Shown here: positions 36,163 through 45,430 of the stretch, one piece after another | How the letters are laid out: the number at the start of each line of letters is the position of its first letter | Position numbering within the stretch: position 1 is the stretch's first letter | Source of the DNA: a virus | IMG/VR virus record: IMGVR_UViG_3300037248_000024 | Coordinates: 1-64,000 of that record | DNA length: 64,000 nucleotides | Reading direction: 5' to 3' (one strand) | Notes under the pieces: model-generated | Seen by the model: the letters and a program-made list of their open reading frames with translations, nothing else | Databases searched by the model: none | What the model was told of the DNA's origin: nothing | Made by a program: the position numbers and the translations under genes

Positions 36163-38262
36163 TCAGAAAGTGACTTTGAGTGTGCGAGAGAACGCCCCCT
36201 TGACGCGGGCGATGACGTGGTTTCGTTGCGTTGACGAAAAGCCGAGGCCCGAGAGTTGGTTCACGGTCTCGTCCGTCCGCATCTTCGCGCCGACCATTTC
36301 CAGAACCTTGCGGTGTTGGTCGAGATCGGCGCGGAGAAACTCATTGTAGAAACCGCGCGCCGTGCCGTCGTTCTGGCAACCATCCAGCATGAAGAAATAG
36401 TGCTTGTTTCCGACGCCATGACCGTCCCAATGGTTCGGAGAAAGCATGGCGACGGTCACGCGGTGGAAGGCTTCGGTGTCGATGGACCAGACCTTGCGCG
36501 ATACCGTGGTCATCGGGAGTGGACTGATTACGGTCAGGTTTCCGTTCTTGTAGTGAAGTTCCGCCACCACGACGCGTTCGCCTTGCCGCAACGCCTTGGG
36601 ATAGGCGAAGCGATGAACTGACCCCTTCCAGTCAATCTCCGCCTCGAAACCAACATCGGCGGTTTCTATCTTGGCGTATTGGTGGACGAACAGATTGTAA
36701 GTTCCTTCCGCCATACGATGCGCGGAGCCATAGAAGATATTCTCGACTGGTTCGCGCGTGCCGCGCCCAGGCGAACCACCACCAGCATTCATGTCCACGT
36801 CAAGTTGGCCACCGAGGCGAGATGGGCCTTTGTTCGCAAAGTGGATTTCGTTTCGGTCCGGCTCGACCATGTGAAAATCCAGGTCATCGAAATTCGACCA
36901 CGCCAACCGGCAACACAGATCGCCCGACACATTGCCTCCGGCCTTCTTCACGCGCTCCCGAATGGAATCCGCGAAGTCGCCGTTATAGGACCACGAAAAG
37001 CGGTTGTCCCATTTGAACAACGCTGCGGCCGACGCGTCGGCTGGCGCGATCAGAGACACCAGATTGCCGACGTGACGATTCTCCACCATGACTTCAATCG
37101 ATTCCGCCTTCGGAACGACATCCCCCAAAAACTTCTCAATGCCGATCTCTTCGACTTTATCGAAGGTCTTGGGCTTAACCGATGCCGTCGCGGCGAGGTC
37201 ATCGAACACGCCGCCGCCTGACATCGCCTTTCTGGCGTTGCGATCCGCGAACAGGATGTTGTTCACCGTGATATCGGTCAGGCGCGCGTAGCGGCGTTCC
37301 AACGCGGAAGTCAGGCCGAGTTCCGCGACAGTCGCTTTGGCGCGCTCGATCATCGCCTTGGTGACAAGCGCGGTGGGACGCTTGTAATTCGCGGGCGCGA
37401 CCATCGCCTCGAACTTCCGAACGGCACCTTCCATATCTTCGCCAGCGGAAAAGTCGATCAGCAACTGGCCGATGGATGTGTTTCGGATTTTGGAGACCGA
37501 GGCCGGGAGTTCCCCGATTTTCAGCCACACGAAATTGTCGCGATCTTCCGCCGCCAGCCTGTCGAAGGCGATCTTTTCCTGGCGGAACGTCGTCACGGCA
37601 TGGCGATGTTCCTCGCCGCGATAGAGTGAGTTCTGGCCGATCAGTTCGAGAACGGTATCGGCGGCGTCCATCGTCAGTTCGGTGAGTGAACGCAACAGGA
37701 CATCATGGGCCGCTTTCGAGTCAGACAGGCGTGGACCAATATCCTTTCCCGCGCATACTCGGCTGTTCGGAAGCGTGACGAAGAAATGCTCCCACGCCTT
37801 CACGACACCATCGGTGTCCTCGAAATTCTTGTCGGTCCCGACCTTGGCTTCGGTGTGCAGGAAACGGTTCTCGATGGCGCGTGCCTTGACCAGATCGCAC
37901 ATCGCCGTTGCTACGGCGTCATAGGTCGGATTGCCCGTGTAGATGTCCCAGATTGAGGTTAGTTTGCCGTCAATGATGGCGACCATATCCCCAATGGCGC
38001 GCACGAACTGACGGCAGCACGAACAGTCGTGCTCGGCGCGCTGGCGCATGATCGGGTTGGTGCCGGGCGGGAAACTGGTGAGGTAGGTTGTCCAGAGCGC
38101 GTCTTTCTCAACTCCGGTGCGGAACAATTCGTACGTGGACATGAACCCAAACTGAGCGGCGACGGCGGTTTTGATTTGGTGGAAGCCGGGATGATCCGGA
38201 ATGGTATTCGCCAGCGTTTCAGCTTTCGCGGCGACGGCGCGACGGCCAACGTGAGAGATCAT
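36163..38262 (-). CDS. Large conserved phage protein with HDCSCC motif and YfaP/DUF2135-like domain
   Basis: EHDCSCCRQF; LAWSNFDDLDFH..GGQLDVDMNAG..PVENI; start moved to ATG 38262 because the track start overlaps the tRNA. Confidence 0.7.
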   Translation of the reverse strand: MISHVGRRAVAAKAETLANTIPDHPGFHQIKTAVAAQFGFMSTYELFRTGVEKDALWTTYLTSFPPGTNPIMRQRAEHDCSCCRQFVRAIGDMVAIIDGKLTSIWDIYTGNPTYDAVATAMCDLVKARAIENRFLHTEAKVGTDKNFEDTDGVVKAWEHFFVTLPNSRVCAGKDIGPRLSDSKAAHDVLLRSLTELTMDAADTVLELIGQNSLYRGEEHRHAVTTFRQEKIAFDRLAAEDRDNFVWLKIGELPASVSKIRNTSIGQLLIDFSAGEDMEGAVRKFEAMVAPANYKRPTALVTKAMIERAKATVAELGLTSALERRYARLTDITVNNILFADRNARKAMSGGGVFDDLAATASVKPKTFDKVEEIGIEKFLGDVVPKAESIEVMVENRHVGNLVSLIAPADASAAALFKWDNRFSWSYNGDFADSIRERVKKAGGNVSGDLCCRLAWSNFDDLDFHMVEPDRNEIHFANKGPSRLGGQLDVDMNAGGGSPGRGTREPVENIFYGSAHRMAEGTYNLFVHQYAKIETADVGFEAEIDWKGSVHRFAYPKALRQGERVVVAELHYKNGNLTVISPLPMTTVSRKVWSIDTEAFHRVTVAMLSPNHWDGHGVGNKHYFFMLDGCQNDGTARGFYNEFLRADLDQHRKVLEMVGAKMRTDETVNQLSGLGFSSTQRNHVIARVKGAFSRTLKVTF

Positions 38263-38309
38263 GTTCGTATCCAGCCCCTGAGAACCGCCGAGGACGCGCG
38301 GAGGCAAAA

Positions 38310-38384
38310 TGGTGCCCAACCAAGGATTTGAACCTCGGACCCACGGTTTACAAAACCGTTGCTCTACCCCTGAGCTAGTCGGGC
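38310..38384 (-). tRNA. trnT: tRNA-Thr(UGU)
   Basis: Acceptor GCCCGAC/GTTGGGC, anticodon arm ACGGT-TTTGTAA-ACCGT, GGTTCAAATCC T-arm, encoded CCA. Confidence 0.93.
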
Positions 38385-38387
38385 GTA

Positions 38388-38464
38388 TGGCGCGCCATCC
38401 ACGGCTCGAACGTGGGACCTCCGCTTCCGAAGAGCGGCGCTCTATCCAACTGAGCTAACGGCGC
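38388..38464 (-). tRNA. trnR: tRNA-Arg(UCG)
   Basis: Acceptor GCGCCGT/ATGGCGC, anticodon arm CCGCT-CTTCGGA-AGCGG, GTTCGAGC T-loop, encoded CCA. Confidence 0.9.
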
Positions 38465-38470
38465 GGGGCC

Positions 38471-38500
38471 ATCCTTGAACGGTGTCTGGATGGTTGTCAA
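38471..38500 (-). promoter_or_regulatory. Promoter for the tRNA operon
   Basis: TTGACA-N18-AAGGAT ending 6 nt before tRNA-Arg. Confidence 0.5.
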
Positions 38501-38606
38501 CTCCAAATCGGACATCCTGTCCAATTATTTTCGGGAACCATGAGTATTTCCCGACCCTACCCCCGCCCCGCCGCCGGGCGCATGGTGCATCAGGAGGGTT
38601 GTGCCA

Positions 38607-38777
38607 ATGTTGCTGATCATCGTGCTGATTCTGTTGTTCGGAGGTCTCGGCGGCGGCTGGTACGGCTATCGTGGCGGATATTACGGCGGCGGCGGATTTG
38701 GCGGCATTGGGTTGCTGGTCCTGTTGCTCGTGCTGTTTCTTCTGTTCGGTGGCGGGATTCATGGGTTGAGGCATTGA
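38607..38777 (+). CDS. DUF3309-like Gly-rich small membrane protein (below ORF-track cutoff)
   Basis: AGGAGG RBS; MLLIIVLILLFGGLGGGWYGYRGGYYGGGGFGGIGLLVLLLVLFLLFG. Confidence 0.7.
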   Translation: MLLIIVLILLFGGLGGGWYGYRGGYYGGGGFGGIGLLVLLLVLFLLFGGGIHGLRH

Positions 38778-38780
38778 GCG

Positions 38781-38966
38781 ATGGGTGAACCCGCTACCCG
38801 CGCGATCTATTTCGGCGTCATCGCATGGTTGGCGACCTGGGACGTATCCCTTGTGATCGGACTGGCGAACGGACCCCTGACGCTCGGGATCGCGCTGGAT
38901 TTCATCATCGTGACGCTGTGTCTGTTCGCCATTCTGTGGCGGGCACCGAGGCCGTGGGCGGTTTGA
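38781..38966 (+). CDS. Small two-TM protein
   Basis: Two hydrophobic segments. Confidence 0.45.
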   Translation: MGEPATRAIYFGVIAWLATWDVSLVIGLANGPLTLGIALDFIIVTLCLFAILWRAPRPWAV

Positions 38967-39023
38967 TCTGCGTCGGGTGACGATCGGTTTGGGTTGGGGC
39001 GGCGGCGCAGGGGGTTGGTGGGG

Positions 39024-40052
39024 CTACGGACGATAACCAAGAATGTCAGCCAAATCCGCGCGGGCGCGTGACACGCGGCTTTTCATTGTTCCCACGGGAA
39101 CACCAACCTTTTCCGCCATGTCCTCATAGGACATTGACGATACACCGATCATCAGAAGCGCCTGACGATGTTCAGGACTTAATTTAGCCATGGCGGCTTT
39201 CAGGTCCAGAAATTCCATCCGGCTTTCTTGCGCGGGAGCGACTTTAACCGCCATCGCGTGAACGTCGTCAACGTCCTCGACCTCGCGCCCGCTTTTTCGA
39301 AAGTCGCCGTAATATAGGTTACGAAGAATAGTCATCAGCCATGCGATCATGTTCGATCCGGCCTGAAATGACTCGGCATTCGCCCAGGCTCTCGCTATCG
39401 TATCTTGCACCAGATCGTCAGCACGAGATGAATTCCGGCAGAGCGACATAGCGAAATTCCGTAGACGCGGCATAAGGGACAACATTTCATTTTGGAATTC
39501 CGCCGGAACAGTTGGCGCGATAACAATCTCTTTGGTGGGGTTAGCCAACGCGAGACGTGCAACGGTGGCCTTATTTAGCGTCCCCCTTTTACGGCCAGCG
39601 ATTCCAGTCCGGCGCAACACCCCCCGGAAATCGGACGGCCTATATAAATGAAGGAAAGCGGCGCGCGACTGAACTTTTGATGCTGTTATGTCCGAGCGAC
39701 TAAACGTCAGATTGATCTTATCCGCGATTAAAGCCGGTAAAATTCCAGCGACCCACCCCTCATGTAGGGTCGCATCCATCTCGGCTGTCCATACCTTGCG
39801 CCATGTCGAGAGGAATTCCGCCACCCTCGGCATCGTTGCCTTGCGATGCTGGCAACTTCCTTTGTGTCCCGCCGGTCGTCCACAAGGGCACGGCGGTCGC
39901 GCGACTGCCATCATGTATTTGCGGCATGTCGTCCAGTTGATGCCCGTCCTGACTGATGCCCGATGGTAGGTGACGCCATCCGAGGCTAGGCCACGGAGAA
40001 TGGCGCGCGCGTCTTCTGCCAGCGGTATTCGTCTGCCTCCTAGCGTGCTCAT
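39024..40052 (-). CDS. ECF sigma factor (EcfG/SigT-like) fused to N-terminal HTH, Cys/His motif and GcrA-like HTH
   Basis: Sigma2 LRNFAMSLC..ADDLVQDT..AWLMTILRN; sigma4 MSYEDMAEKVGVPVGTMKSRVSRAR; N-terminal CPCGRPAGHKGSC and WTAEMDATL..W..G..IADKI. Confidence 0.85.
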   Translation of the reverse strand: MSTLGGRRIPLAEDARAILRGLASDGVTYHRASVRTGINWTTCRKYMMAVARPPCPCGRPAGHKGSCQHRKATMPRVAEFLSTWRKVWTAEMDATLHEGWVAGILPALIADKINLTFSRSDITASKVQSRAAFLHLYRPSDFRGVLRRTGIAGRKRGTLNKATVARLALANPTKEIVIAPTVPAEFQNEMLSLMPRLRNFAMSLCRNSSRADDLVQDTIARAWANAESFQAGSNMIAWLMTILRNLYYGDFRKSGREVEDVDDVHAMAVKVAPAQESRMEFLDLKAAMAKLSPEHRQALLMIGVSSMSYEDMAEKVGVPVGTMKSRVSRARADLADILGYRP

Positions 40053-40057
40053 GGCTC

Positions 40058-40105
40058 ATTATCCCGTCGGACCCGTTGACAGTCAATCCCGTCCTACCGT
40101 ATAAC
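40058..40105. promoter_or_regulatory. Bidirectional promoter with overlapping -35 boxes (palindrome TTGACAGTCAA)
   Basis: Plus: TTGACA-N18-TATAAC-N6-ATG(40112). Minus: TTGACT-N17-GATAAT-N5-ATG(40052). Confidence 0.7.
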
Positions 40106-40111
40106 CCCGCC

Positions 40112-40273
40112 ATGGCCAAGCCGAAGGTCCTGGGAGACCGTATCACCGTGCGACTGCCGACCGGAACGCTCGCGGCGATCAAGGCTTCGTTGAAGCCGGA
40201 GGAAACCATGCAGGGCAAGTTGCAGGCCGTGATCGTTCGCCTCGCTACCCGCGGCCAGGCCACCGCCGCGTGA
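40112..40273 (+). CDS. Small RHH/Arc-like regulator, leaderless
   Basis: DRITVRLPTGTLAAIKA strand-helix pattern. Confidence 0.55.
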   Translation: MAKPKVLGDRITVRLPTGTLAAIKASLKPEETMQGKLQAVIVRLATRGQATAA

Positions 40274-40578
40274 GCCCGATTCCCGTCGAGGTTCTGGCGT
40301 CCGTTCGTGCCCGTTCTTGCCGCCGTGCTGGCGCCTGCATCGCGCACGCCATGGCCGAGACCGATACCGGCTTTAATGAGATGGCCGCCCGTCTCGGCGT
40401 TTCGGAACCCGCGCTCCAGAGACGGCTTACCGCGATGCTAAATGGAACGAACACCGACCTGGATATCATTTCGGATATGTTGTTCGCCTGCGGATGCGAA
40501 TTGAAAACCGGCGTCCAGAAATCGAATGAGGCAGTTGGTGCCGTTGTCGCCGGTGAAGGCGAGAGGGGCGCTGCGTGA
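40270..40578 (+). CDS. XRE-type HTH protein
   Basis: FNEMAARLGVSEPALQRRL..NTDLDIISDMLFACGCEL. Confidence 0.6.
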   Translation: MSPIPVEVLASVRARSCRRAGACIAHAMAETDTGFNEMAARLGVSEPALQRRLTAMLNGTNTDLDIISDMLFACGCELKTGVQKSNEAVGAVVAGEGERGAA

Positions 40579-40726
40579 GCCTCTGGACCATCATCTACGT
40601 CGGCCTCGCCTGTTTCTTCGTTGGCGTATTTGCTGGCCAGGGCATTCGCGTGAACATCAACTATCTGGAACTCGCCGCGTATCGGCTGGTCGCGAGGCGG
40701 CGGTACGACAGGGAAGGGGATGTATC

Positions 40727-40975
40727 GTGAGGGAACTCCCGAAGTGGTTATCGCCACGGACTCGTTGGGCGATCACGCAACCCGAGATGACGGCGGAACA
40801 ATTCTTTGAGGCCCGGGTTTTTCTCAAGATGACACAGCACTATCTCGCGCGATTGCTCGCCGTTTCCGAACAATCCGTGCGCCGATGGGAACATGGAAAG
40901 TCTCGTATTCCGCGACCCGCGCAAACGCTGGTCCGCGCCATGGTCTGGGATGAATTGCCGGAGAAGCCCGCGTGA
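40727..40975 (+). CDS. XRE-type HTH protein
   Basis: MTQHYLARLLAVSEQSVRRWEHGKSRIP. Confidence 0.65.
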   Translation: MRELPKWLSPRTRWAITQPEMTAEQFFEARVFLKMTQHYLARLLAVSEQSVRRWEHGKSRIPRPAQTLVRAMVWDELPEKPA

Positions 40976-41230
40976 GCCCCTGGGACGAACTCATGGCCGT
41001 CTGGCTTGGCGCGCGGGGTGGGTGATGGCATTCGATGCAACCATATTCCCCGGCAATAAATTTCTGCCGCCCGGTGTTGATGCTATGCAATGGTCCGCTG
41101 AGACCGGCACGCTCGCGCTGATGAAAGGCCATTGGGTTCGGTGGCCGTTGCCGCCCAGGCACGAACCAGAAGTTTTGGATGCCGCCCTCGCCGCCGAACT
41201 GGCCGAGCGGGCGCGGATGTGGGGGATGTG

Positions 41231-41533
41231 ATGGCGATTACGCCGGACAACCTTCGGGATCAGGGTTACCGAGAATATCCGGTGCCAGCCATAGACAAGT
41301 ATGACCGACTTTTCCAAAAGCGCATCGACGATCAGGCTGGCGCTATGTATTTTGTCAATTTTCGCGAATGGCACCATTCTGATGGCACCAATACTTACGA
41401 TGCCGATATGTCATGCGAAACGGCGACCCATGGCCATGTCTGGGTCACGATCAAAGAGGACACGATTGAAGCTACCGAAAACCGTGCCGGATTGATGTGG
41501 GCCGCCGCTGGTAGTGTTTATTATGATCTTTGA
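41231..41533 (+). CDS. Hypothetical protein
   Basis: TGATG coupling, MAITPDNLRDQG. Confidence 0.45.
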   Translation: MAITPDNLRDQGYREYPVPAIDKYDRLFQKRIDDQAGAMYFVNFREWHHSDGTNTYDADMSCETATHGHVWVTIKEDTIEATENRAGLMWAAAGSVYYDL

Positions 41534-41575
41534 TCTGGCAGCTCGCACAACCGCCGCACCAGATGGAGGGACGCC

Positions 41576-41863
41576 GTGACTGACTACCCGTTCGAGCCGC
41601 CGCGCACAGCCGAAGACCTGGATTCGTTGAACGACGATGAAATCTGGGAAGGATCACGGGACTATCAACATGGTGATCCCGAGCCGGGGCTCAACCGAGG
41701 CCGCGCCTACTGGTACGGCTGGCATGTCGCGGCGATGAACCACGGCGACCGCGAAACGGATGATGCGATGCGCGATCTGGTGCGAGCGATAACCGTTAGA
41801 GAGAATGGTGTGTTGCGGATCGTCACGGCGCAGGAACGCATGAAAGAAAGGCATCTGCCATGA
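41576..41863 (+). CDS. Hypothetical phage protein
   Basis: GGAGG RBS; PEPGLNRGRAYWYGW. Confidence 0.55.
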   Translation: MTDYPFEPPRTAEDLDSLNDDEIWEGSRDYQHGDPEPGLNRGRAYWYGWHVAAMNHGDRETDDAMRDLVRAITVRENGVLRIVTAQERMKERHLP

Positions 41864-42056
41864 TCGGTGAGAAAGAAGCCGCTGGCATGACGTATCTGAC
41901 CTATAAGCGGGTCTTTTGGGCGCGAATGTTGGCGGCATGGGAGCGCTACAGGTCTGACCATCCGGAGCGCGCCGCATTCGTTCGCGAACGGACCGCCATC
42001 GCCAAGGAACAGATTGCGATCTGGGCCAATCCTGAACTCGACCGGAGGTACAGGAC

Positions 42057-42530
42057 ATGACCCTCCAAATCACCCCCGACCGATCCGGCTTCGAAACCCT
42101 GATGCGCGCCCGCGAAGGCGAAGTCCTGAACGTCTACGCCGACACCAAGGGTATCCCGACCTGCGGCATCGGCCACAAGGTTCTCCCCGCCGATAATCTG
42201 GAACTGGGTGACATCATCACGCAGGCCCAGTGCGACGCCTTCTTCGCGGTTGATGGCGACGCGGCATGGGAAGCGGCGGTTGCTCAGGCCGATCAGGCGG
42301 GGATCACTTCGGCGGCGTTTCTGCCGTGGCTGGCGAGTGTGAATTTCCAGCTTGGGACGAACTGGATCGCTAAGTTCGCATCGACCTGGGAAATGATTTG
42401 TGCCGGGGATTATGATGCCGCGGCGGATCATATCGGAACGTTGCCATGGGCGAGCGAGACGCCGGTTCGTGTGGCGGATTTCGCTGGGGCGTTGCGGGCG
42501 TTGCCATCCAAGGAGACCATCTTATGCTGA
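42057..42530 (+). CDS. Endolysin, GH24/T4-type lysozyme
   Basis: REGEVLNVYADTKGIPTCGIGH with E-D-T catalytic pattern; NFQLG; WASETPVRV. Confidence 0.85.
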   Translation: MTLQITPDRSGFETLMRAREGEVLNVYADTKGIPTCGIGHKVLPADNLELGDIITQAQCDAFFAVDGDAAWEAAVAQADQAGITSAAFLPWLASVNFQLGTNWIAKFASTWEMICAGDYDAAADHIGTLPWASETPVRVADFAGALRALPSKETILC

Positions 42531-42703
42531 TCGCCCGTGCCATCCCCATTTTGGGCCTTGTTCTTGCTTTCTGTCAGGCGCTTGGCTTCGTCGAGACCGG
42601 GAATGGCTTTGCCTTCTTTGGTGCGCTGATTTGGCCGTGGCTGTCGCTGGCGACCTGGAATATCTATCGCGCCACACCCGCCACGCGACCGGAGGAAGGA
42701 TGA
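42524..42703 (+). CDS. Two-TM small protein (holin candidate)
   Basis: AAGGAG RBS; two hydrophobic segments; follows endolysin. Confidence 0.4.
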   Translation: MLIARAIPILGLVLAFCQALGFVETGNGFAFFGALIWPWLSLATWNIYRATPATRPEEG

Positions 42704-43196
42704 GCGCGCTTCCAGAAGTCAATGTTTTCGCGACGCCAGTGAAAATTGTAACGCATCCAACCGAATGGCATGTCGAACAAGTCGATTCGGATGGCGATGG
42801 CGGTATTGATGTTGCGATCTTTGTTGGGCCAAACGCAGAAGTTCGCGCGTCGGAATACGCCGACCGCCTCAGACTTGGATTAGGAGCAACCCCATGAGCA
42901 CCACCCGGATACCGACTGAGTGCTTTCATCCCTCGGTTCATATTCAGGAGGAACTTGACGCGCGCGGCTGGACGCGTGAAGAACTGGCGATTCGAATGGG
43001 CGGCGATCCCGTCGTCAATTTGTTAAGCATTGACTTATATTTTGAAGTCGGGCCGGTTGAGAGTGACCTACGGATCGGCGATTGTAACGATTTCGCTCGC
43101 GCTTTTAATTGCGAGGCGGCGTTCTTTCGCAATCTGGAAGCCGCGTGGCTGAACGGTCGCACCACACCCACCACGCGACCGGAGGAAAGATGAGCG
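42667..43196 (+). repeat. 40-bp direct repeat pair (42667-42706 and 43157-43196)
   Basis: TCGCrCCACACCCrCCACGCGACCGGAGGAArGATGAGCG with 3 mismatches; each copy includes RBS and ATG. Confidence 0.85.
42894..43193 (+). CDS. HigA-like HTH protein with no adjacent toxin
   Basis: FHPSVHIQEELDARGWTREELAIRMG..AFFRNLEAAW. Confidence 0.6.
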   Translation: MSTTRIPTECFHPSVHIQEELDARGWTREELAIRMGGDPVVNLLSIDLYFEVGPVESDLRIGDCNDFARAFNCEAAFFRNLEAAWLNGRTTPTTRPEER

Positions 43197-43719
43197 ACGA
43201 ATCAACCGGATGCGCGGATGACGGTAGCGATCTATCGGCGGCGCTCGCCACGATTGTAGTGAACGAAACGAAATTGGACCGCATCTTGTTGTCCGCCAGG
43301 ATTGAGAGACGCGTCAATGAGCGAATGTTGGATGTGCTCCACAAATCGTGGATGAGGACAATGCGGGACGATATCCTGCGAATCGTAAACGAAGAACTGG
43401 ACAGGTAAGGAGAAACGAACTTGACCACGACAACGACACAACCCATCGGCGCGGCGAATGGCGCGGGACCCATCATCACAATCACCCATAAGTTCAGGGA
43501 TATGTCCGAAGACAGGCGCCCGCAGGACCCCGGCATGAATGGCGAGGGCTGGACATTCGAAACCATGGAGCATGGCGGCGAATATCCTGACATGATGCCG
43601 CAAGCCATCAAAGCAACTGATGCAGAGGGACGTTCCTGCATCTACACCCCGGTATCGGTTGATGGCCGTGTCGTAGACAGCATTCTGTTTAATTATCACA
43701 CCGATTTCGGAACCACCCC

Positions 43720-44292
43720 ATGAAAACCCTCCTCCTCTCGACCGCCGTCTTCATTCTACCCGTCGCGTCATGGGCACAGGCCGCCACATCACCCGGTGTT
43801 GACCTCTCGCCCATCGTGCAGCCCATCCTGGCCATCATTGGCGCTGTCATCACGGGGTTGCTCGCCATCTATGTTCCGAAAGGGTTGGCGGCCTTCCAGG
43901 CGCGTACCGGCATCCAACTCACCGACCAGCAACGCGCCGTCATTCTTGGTGCCGTGCAGACGGCGGCGGGCAACCTGGAAACGCAACTCGACCAGGGCGC
44001 GCTCAGGGTTGCTCATATCAACATCGCCAACGCCACGGTGCGCTCGGAAGCCGTTGCCGCGATCAATGCCGTGCCGGACGCGATGGCGGCGCTGAACATG
44101 ACGACGGATGGCGTGGCGCGGATGATCGTGGGCAAGGTGGATACGGCGGCGCATGGGCAGGCGGTGGCGTCGCCGCAGGCCGCGCTCGGCGTGAATGCCG
44201 TCCAGGGTCCCGCCACGGCTGCCGCGTTGCCAACGGCGGTCGCGGCGCCCGTTGGTGGCCTGCCGCCCAATCCGCCCGTTGCGGGGGTGTGA
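43720..44292 (+). CDS. Holin-like membrane protein with signal-like N-terminus
   Basis: MKTLLLSTAVFILPVASWA|Q then TM ILAIIGAVITGLLAIYV; LL-H-holin-like pattern. Confidence 0.5.
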   Translation: MKTLLLSTAVFILPVASWAQAATSPGVDLSPIVQPILAIIGAVITGLLAIYVPKGLAAFQARTGIQLTDQQRAVILGAVQTAAGNLETQLDQGALRVAHINIANATVRSEAVAAINAVPDAMAALNMTTDGVARMIVGKVDTAAHGQAVASPQAALGVNAVQGPATAAALPTAVAAPVGGLPPNPPVAGV

Positions 44293-44951
44293 TGGACAAG
44301 GAACCCGCCAACGATGATGATGTCGTATCCCCGCCAATGATGACATTCTCCGATCTGGCTATCGGCCTCGGTCTGGACGAAGACACACTGTTACGGCGTT
44401 TCGCTGACATCCTCAATCGCCGTGAGCCACCCACCGCCCCGGACCCCTCGCCGTGACCCCGACCGCCGAATACGCCATCGCGAAACGCTCCATCGGGCCA
44501 CTTACCGCCATGGGTCTCGGTGCTGCTCTGGCCATGGCCATGACGGCGGACATCGCGCCTCTCGGTTCCCGTGCCGCATCCCGCTACGGTCCCTCTGAAA
44601 AGACAGCCCGTGCGATGACGAAATCGGACGCTAAAGCAAAACGCATCCGCCGCCTGCAACGCACCGCGCGCCGGGCGCGGAGGAGGGCGGGGTGAGCGAG
44701 GCGCACGATATTTATCGGATCGCGCCAGTGCACGGAGGCTACGAAGCCCAGATGCTCTACCATTGTGGCGCTCGCGAAGCGGAGGAATGGTTTCCGTTGA
44801 ACCCAGATGGATTCTGGTCCGACCCTGACGCATTTTCATTTGGCTTGATCTCGAAACGTCACGTCTTTGCTACTCAGACCGAGGCTGCGGCAGCCATTCG
44901 TAACGCTCAGGCCATTAACGTGTCTGATGAGTCTGAGCGACAGACGGCGAG

Positions 44952-45410
44952 ATGAGCCAACTGTTCGTTGATATGGACGGTGTTTTGGCGGACTTCGATA
45001 CCGGCCACGAACAAATGCTTGGCATCACGACAAGCAAGTTGACGGATAACGTGGACTGGAAGGCGGTTCGCGCGGTTCCTGGCTTTTACGTCAATCTACC
45101 TCCGATGCCGGACATGCACTTGCTTTGGGCTTACATTGAGCGGCACCGCCCGATCGTTCTGACTGGCGTTCCGCATTCGGTTGAAGAAGCGCCCGAGAAC
45201 AAACGCGCCTGGGTTCGTAAGCATCTGGGCTCGCACGTTGAGGTTCGGTGTTGCCAGTCCAGCGGGAAGTGCGAGCATGCCGCTCCGGGAGACATTCTGA
45301 TCGACGATTGGGAGAAATATCGCCATCTATGGGTTGCCAAAGGTGGCCTCTGGATCACCCACACGAACGCCGCCGACACGATCTTGCAACTTGAAGCCCT
45401 GGGCTTCTGA
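44952..45410 (+). CDS. HAD-family 5'(3')-deoxyribonucleotidase
   Basis: FVDMDGVLADF, VLTG, KRAWV, ILIDD motifs. Confidence 0.8.
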   Translation: MSQLFVDMDGVLADFDTGHEQMLGITTSKLTDNVDWKAVRAVPGFYVNLPPMPDMHLLWAYIERHRPIVLTGVPHSVEEAPENKRAWVRKHLGSHVEVRCCQSSGKCEHAAPGDILIDDWEKYRHLWVAKGGLWITHTNAADTILQLEALGF

Positions 45411-45430
45411 ACCCAACAAAGGAACCACCC

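Noticed and set aside
38263-38319. N-terminal extension of the 718-aa ORF given in the track
   Set aside because: It overlaps tRNA-Thr; ATG 38262 is the more plausible start
38310-38464. tRNAs as an attachment site or prophage boundary
   Set aside because: Phage-type genes lie on both sides, with no integrase and no duplicated tRNA 3' end seen
44924-44949. Hammerhead-like CTGATGA followed by a GTCTG/CAGAC stem
   Set aside because: The required GAAA after stem II is GGCG, no stems I/III were found, and it lies in coding sequence
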